Made by a program: the position numbers and the translations under genes. Shown in pieces: positions 60,015 through 64,000 of a stretch of DNA of 64,000 nt. Position 1 is the stretch's first letter. Each line of letters opens with the position of its first letter. Source of the DNA: a virus. The DNA is taken from IMG/VR virus record IMGVR_UViG_3300027969_000046; one strand, 5' to 3'. The notes under the pieces were generated by a model. The model saw only the letters and a program-made list of their open reading frames with translations. It did not search any database and was not told where the DNA came from.

Positions 60015-60404
60015 ATGGCAAAAGCTGCTAAAAAAATGAAGTTGAAACCCTTTCAGAAATTATTGACAGTAATGATTTCTGGTAAGCAAGTTAGTAAAGA
60101 ACAGATTGAAACTTTGCTTGGCAAAGAAATTCAAATGTACCGTATTTCCACATATATGTGGCATATCAAAACTAATGCCAATGGCATTATCAAAGTGGTT
60201 AAAGATGGCCGTAAAGTATCAGGCTATCAACTAATCAATGTGGCTGAAGTGAAAGACTACATGAAGCGTGTTGGTGTGTTAGATGCAGGTTTTGTTCCTG
60301 TATCAACATTGGCTGACTTGAAGGCACCAGAAGTTGCAGTTGCCAAGAAAGTTAAAGCTACACCAGTCGCAGAAGAAATGTCTGTAACTGAAATTACCGA
60401 GTAA
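60015..60404 (+). CDS. Putative winged-helix DNA-binding protein
   Basis: SD GGAG; three helices then beta-hairpin IKVVKDGRKVSGYQL. Confidence 0.5.
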   Translation: MAKAAKKMKLKPFQKLLTVMISGKQVSKEQIETLLGKEIQMYRISTYMWHIKTNANGIIKVVKDGRKVSGYQLINVAEVKDYMKRVGVLDAGFVPVSTLADLKAPEVAVAKKVKATPVAEEMSVTEITE

Positions 60405-60411
60405 TAGTTTT

Positions 60412-60585
60412 TGCTAATGGGAGAATAGCGGGACTTCATGCGAGCTTGTAAGTCGGAGATGCCGAGTATCTATGGTACTGTAAAAATGGATCGTCCGCAT
60501 TTAAAGTGCTCATACAGGAGAAGTCCGCTCATTCTTAAACAACAGCATTATGCTCGCTGTGAAGCGCCAGTTGTGTCCCTTAGCA
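60412..60585 (+). ncRNA. Candidate multi-stem structured RNA (~175 nt)
   Basis: Nested complementary stems, GNRA-capped hairpin, GC-richer intergenic DNA. Confidence 0.55.
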
Positions 60586-60610
60586 TCTTTTTAAATTACA
60601 GAAAGGTTAT

Positions 60611-60835
60611 ATGAGCATATTGGATTTAAAGGCAAGACCTGTAATCGAATTTGATGCTAGTAATCCTCAACACCGTAAATATTTTGCTGCTTTCATAAAG
60701 AGAAAATCTTGGGGTTATATTCCTATCAGATTTGCGGTTCGTGGCTCTCGTACCGATTTGGTTACACAAATTGAAAGAGATTTGGTTGACTATTATGTAT
60801 ATAAAGAATTTAAAGTAAAGAACACATACAGATGA
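60611..60835 (+). CDS. Hypothetical protein
   Basis: SD AAGG. Confidence 0.6.
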   Translation: MSILDLKARPVIEFDASNPQHRKYFAAFIKRKSWGYIPIRFAVRGSRTDLVTQIERDLVDYYVYKEFKVKNTYR

Positions 60836-61104
60836 ATAATAAACAAAAAGAAGTTTTATCAATTGCTCAAGAAGAATGTGGTGAAGTCATTGTAGCAATT
60901 AGTAAAATCTTCCGTTTTGGTTTTGATTCTCGTTGGCCTGAAGGTGGTGTCGATAATCGAGCCAGACTTACGGAAGAATTGGGTGATTTGATGGCGATGA
61001 TTAAATTAATGAGTGAACACGGCATTATTGATATTGAAGAAATGTCCAAAGCGGGTGAACGAAAGATAACCAAACTAAAAACTTGGTCGAAATTATATGA
61101 TTAA
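60832..61104 (+). CDS. MazG-like nucleotide pyrophosphohydrolase
   Basis: QEECGEV...SK..RFG, EELGDL. Confidence 0.75.
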   Translation: MNNKQKEVLSIAQEECGEVIVAISKIFRFGFDSRWPEGGVDNRARLTEELGDLMAMIKLMSEHGIIDIEEMSKAGERKITKLKTWSKLYD

Positions 61105-61179
61105 TACATGGGCATTGGTTTTATGGATTGGTGTTACAAGTAATAATACCATCCATGAGCAATTTACAAGCAAAGAAAA

Positions 61180-61956
61180 ATGTTTAGAATCTCAAAGAAC
61201 AATGGCAAACGCATTAGCTTCGGTAAGTTCAAAAGTAAATGCCGTTTGTCGACCTATACAGCGTTAATGTTGTTGGCATTTAATGCTAACGCTGTAACTG
61301 GTGTCGGTGAGTACCGATTTGGTCCCGATACTGCTGAGAATTTTGCTTGTGAAGTTGCGGAAATTAAAGCAAAAGAAGATGCTTTGATTAAGTCCAATGG
61401 TGAATACTTGGACTCAGCTATAGAAGAAATTTGTTTAAGTGAAGAATGTAGGTTTAACAGACAGACATACAGTAAGATTGAAGGCAACATTAAATCAATT
61501 ACTGATATTAGAAAATCTGTTAAAGTAGAGCAAGGATACAAAACTTGTATTGTTACCATTTCTGCTAATGTAGAAAGATTTAGGAATACAATTGAGTTTG
61601 TAGTTGATGGTAAGTATGATTTGAAACACGGAGAAATTGTTGAATTTGTTGGCAGTTCTAACCAAGAAGGCAATCTATTCGTATTCAATTATTATGATGG
61701 TAAGTATGTGAGAATCATACAACATAGAATTGCCACAAAATGGCAAAAATATATGTTACCATCCAAGCCATCAGTATTAAAAGCACAAGTGCCTGAAGGC
61801 CAAGTGCAGAGTAAAGAGTTGTTGTTGTTTTTATTTGTGACCAACGATGTGTCTATGAAAAGTAGTTATACCGATAACGAATTGAAATCGGTTATTGCTC
61901 AGATACCAGCGAATTCTCGCAAGGTTATCACAAGACATATTAATATTATGAGGTAG
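61180..61956 (+). CDS. Secreted protein, FlgT-N/LPP20-like (true start probably nearer 61246)
   Basis: Signal-like TALMLLAFNANA; AC..A...AKEDAL. Confidence 0.55.
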   Translation: MFRISKNNGKRISFGKFKSKCRLSTYTALMLLAFNANAVTGVGEYRFGPDTAENFACEVAEIKAKEDALIKSNGEYLDSAIEEICLSEECRFNRQTYSKIEGNIKSITDIRKSVKVEQGYKTCIVTISANVERFRNTIEFVVDGKYDLKHGEIVEFVGSSNQEGNLFVFNYYDGKYVRIIQHRIATKWQKYMLPSKPSVLKAQVPEGQVQSKELLLFLFVTNDVSMKSSYTDNELKSVIAQIPANSRKVITRHINIMR

Positions 61957-61959
61957 TTT

Positions 61960-62670
61960 ATGAAAAAGAAGTTATTAGTAGCACTAGTCCCACTAATTCT
62001 ATTGTCGGCTTGCGGTAGCGTACCAAAGCAAGGTGACTCTGCCAGTTTATTTGGCAAAGGCGCTAAGTCTGGTGATACTGTGGCTTTTCCTGAATGGTAT
62101 TATGCAAAGCCAGATGATAGCGCTCTCTACTCGGTATCATCCGAGTATTCCAAAGATTTACAATTTGCAGTTGATAAATCCATGCTATCAGCAAAGCGTG
62201 AATTAGCAGGCAAGTATTCATCATATGTTTCTGCTATGATGAAAGACTTTACCGCAGAAGTTGGTAATTCAGATGACATTAGCCGTGATATCGAAAGAAC
62301 AACCAAACTGTTAATTGCACAAGTGAATTTAATTGGCATTAGGCGTGTCCATTTTGAAGTTCGCCATGAAGGCGCAGGCTATCGCTCATTCGTCCAGTTA
62401 CGATATTCATTAGATGATTCTAACCGATTGTTGGTTGAGAAGATTCGTGCTGATAGAAAACTAGATTTAGCCTTGCGTAAGTCGGCAGCGTTCCGTGAAT
62501 TAGAAGATTCAGTTGATAAAGCTAATGGTGTGCCAAAAGCCGAATCTAAACCAGTTGAACCTGCTACTACTGATTTGACTGCTAAACCAGTTTCGATGAA
62601 AGCAACAATTAGTGATTCCAATTCTGCTATCACTAAAGGTATTGATGAAACACCTGTGAAAGTTAATTAA
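61960..62670 (+). CDS. LPP20-like lipoprotein
   Basis: Lipobox LSAC; PEWY; AVDKS...AKRELA. Confidence 0.7.
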   Translation: MKKKLLVALVPLILLSACGSVPKQGDSASLFGKGAKSGDTVAFPEWYYAKPDDSALYSVSSEYSKDLQFAVDKSMLSAKRELAGKYSSYVSAMMKDFTAEVGNSDDISRDIERTTKLLIAQVNLIGIRRVHFEVRHEGAGYRSFVQLRYSLDDSNRLLVEKIRADRKLDLALRKSAAFRELEDSVDKANGVPKAESKPVEPATTDLTAKPVSMKATISDSNSAITKGIDETPVKVN

Positions 62671-63269
62671 TGAATTTAGACCAGAAGTATCTAGCGCTTG
62701 ACCTAGAGTTAAATAATGCTCAAGATGGTTCAACACCAAACCCAAAGATTATTCAAGTTGGTGTTGCCATCGGTTCTGCTAGAGAAAACCCTAAAGAATG
62801 GATTACTAAGAAGTGGTATGTTAAGATTAACGACCCAATTTACCCATTCATTACGGATTTAACTGGTATCACTACACAAGATATTCAACAATTTGGTATG
62901 ACACACTATGACATTGGCCAAGAGTTGAGTAGATTAATTAAAGAGCATGATGTATTCGTAAATCCTGTAACTTGGGGTGGAGGAGATTCTACCGAGTTGA
63001 AGGATGAATTCGATAAGCATGGTATTGAGTTTAGACATTTTGGTCGCCGATGGATTGATGTAAAGACTTGGTATACACTAAGACTGCTTGCAAATGGCAA
63101 AAGACCAGCGGGTGGTTTATCATCAGCAATGGGTGTTTATAAATTACAGTTTGAAGGCGAAGCACACCGAGCTGATGTTGATGCCTACAATACATTAAGG
63201 TTGTTTTTTGAAATTTTAAAAAGGCAAAAACAGATGCTGGATACAGTATCACTAGCGAAAGGTTTATGA
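62670..63269 (+). CDS. DEDDh 3'-5' exonuclease
   Basis: LDLEL, LTGIT, WGGGD, HRADVDA. Confidence 0.85.
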   Translation: MNLDQKYLALDLELNNAQDGSTPNPKIIQVGVAIGSARENPKEWITKKWYVKINDPIYPFITDLTGITTQDIQQFGMTHYDIGQELSRLIKEHDVFVNPVTWGGGDSTELKDEFDKHGIEFRHFGRRWIDVKTWYTLRLLANGKRPAGGLSSAMGVYKLQFEGEAHRADVDAYNTLRLFFEILKRQKQMLDTVSLAKGL

Positions 63270-63451
63270 TGAAAAAGTTTTTGAATTACCTCAAATATAG
63301 TGGATTAAATGTTACAATTAAGTTTAATCCCTATCACTGGCGATTAGCTGCAAATTATTTTGTAACTAATGAAGCATGGGAACAAGACGCTCTGGTAATA
63401 GAGATTCTCCCAATAACTGTAAGACTTTGGATTGATGACGGAGAATGGTAA
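63266..63451 (+). CDS. Hypothetical protein
   Basis: ATGA coupling. Confidence 0.55.
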   Translation: MMKKFLNYLKYSGLNVTIKFNPYHWRLAANYFVTNEAWEQDALVIEILPITVRLWIDDGEW

Positions 63452-63542
63452 TGATAATGAATTTATTTAATAAGATTTTTGGTAAAAAGAAACAATATGA
63501 CTTTGCACCTTTAGAACAGGTGATGAGAGAATGGGCTAAAAA

Positions 63543-64000
63543 GTGAACATATTTTATCTTGACCATGATGCTGTTAAATGTGCGGAATATCACAATGACA
63601 AACACGTGGTTAAGATGATTTTAGAATATGCTCAGCTTCTTTCTACTGCTCATCGTGTGCTTGACGGCACTATCTCTGTTCGGCTCTCTAAAACTGGTCG
63701 AAAGCAAAATTGGTATCATCTTGGTGATTCTCGTGATAATGTTCTTTATAGTGCTACTCACATTAATCATCCTTCCGCTAAGTGGTGTAGAGATTCTAAT
63801 GATAATTACCAATGGCTCTACGAATTGTTCTGTGCCACCTGTAATGAATACACCTTCCGCTATGGGAAAACTCATCTAACAGACAAGAAGCTTCGTCATG
63901 TATTGGCACAATCACCAAAAAATATTTCACACGACCCATTTGAAGCACCTTGGCGTGCTATGCCAGACGAAGTGAAAATCGGTGATGATTCTCTCGCTTC
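63543..64000 (+). CDS. Pyrimidine-dimer DNA glycosylase-like protein (3'-truncated by window)
   Basis: GTG start, MNIFYLD...DKHVVKMILEYAQLLSTAH, THINHPS; open to window end. Confidence 0.75.
   Translation, partial: MNIFYLDHDAVKCAEYHNDKHVVKMILEYAQLLSTAHRVLDGTISVRLSKTGRKQNWYHLGDSRDNVLYSATHINHPSAKWCRDSNDNYQWLYELFCATCNEYTFRYGKTHLTDKKLRHVLAQSPKNISHDPFEAPWRAMPDEVKIGDDSLA

Noticed and set aside
1244-63875. Many minus-strand ORFs in the track (e.g. 14239-14706, 32151-32558, 61254-61688)
   Set aside because: Antisense shadows of well-supported + strand genes, without SDs or motifs
63628-63879. Hydrophobic 83-aa ORF
   Set aside because: Alternative frame of the glycosylase-like gene starting at 63543
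1-64000. Stop-codon recoding
   Set aside because: Known genes are full length in the standard code; TAA, TGA and TAG all end genes; no suppressor tRNA seen

Overview
A 64 kb piece of a large AT-rich T4-like myophage genome. Host-like genes (iscU, erpA, desaturase, rubrerythrin, DUF3563-like) suggest a proteobacterial, probably betaproteobacterial, host; this is inference. Nearly all genes are on the + strand. Layout: (i) 2.2-12.4 kb, a 12-gene coupled sugar/cyclitol operon built around a sedoheptulose-7-phosphate cyclase with the 2-epi-5-epi-valiolone synthase (EEVS) signature, plus kinase, nucleotidyltransferase, SDR, 4,6-dehydratase, RfbH-type 3-dehydrase, epimerase, GT-like proteins and a 2OG oxygenase. 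This is the most striking element: an apparent phage carbasugar pathway. (ii) Flanking late genes whose products carry T4-type capsid-targeting N-termini and repeated acidic protease-like linkers, including a ligase-fold protein and an HxGH nucleotidyltransferase-zeta kinase fusion. (iii) An extended lysis region. (iv) Primase and nrdA-iscU-erpA...nrdB, desaturase, secreted nuclease, PhoH. (v) An early/accessory region with small ORFs, two recurring promoter architectures, an origin-like skew switch with palindromes, three tRNAs, two candidate structured RNAs, rubrerythrin/rubredoxin, RNase H, GT2-GalE-ClpP, lipoproteins, an exonuclease and a truncated DenV-like glycosylase. All calls come from motif recognition by eye; no searches were run.
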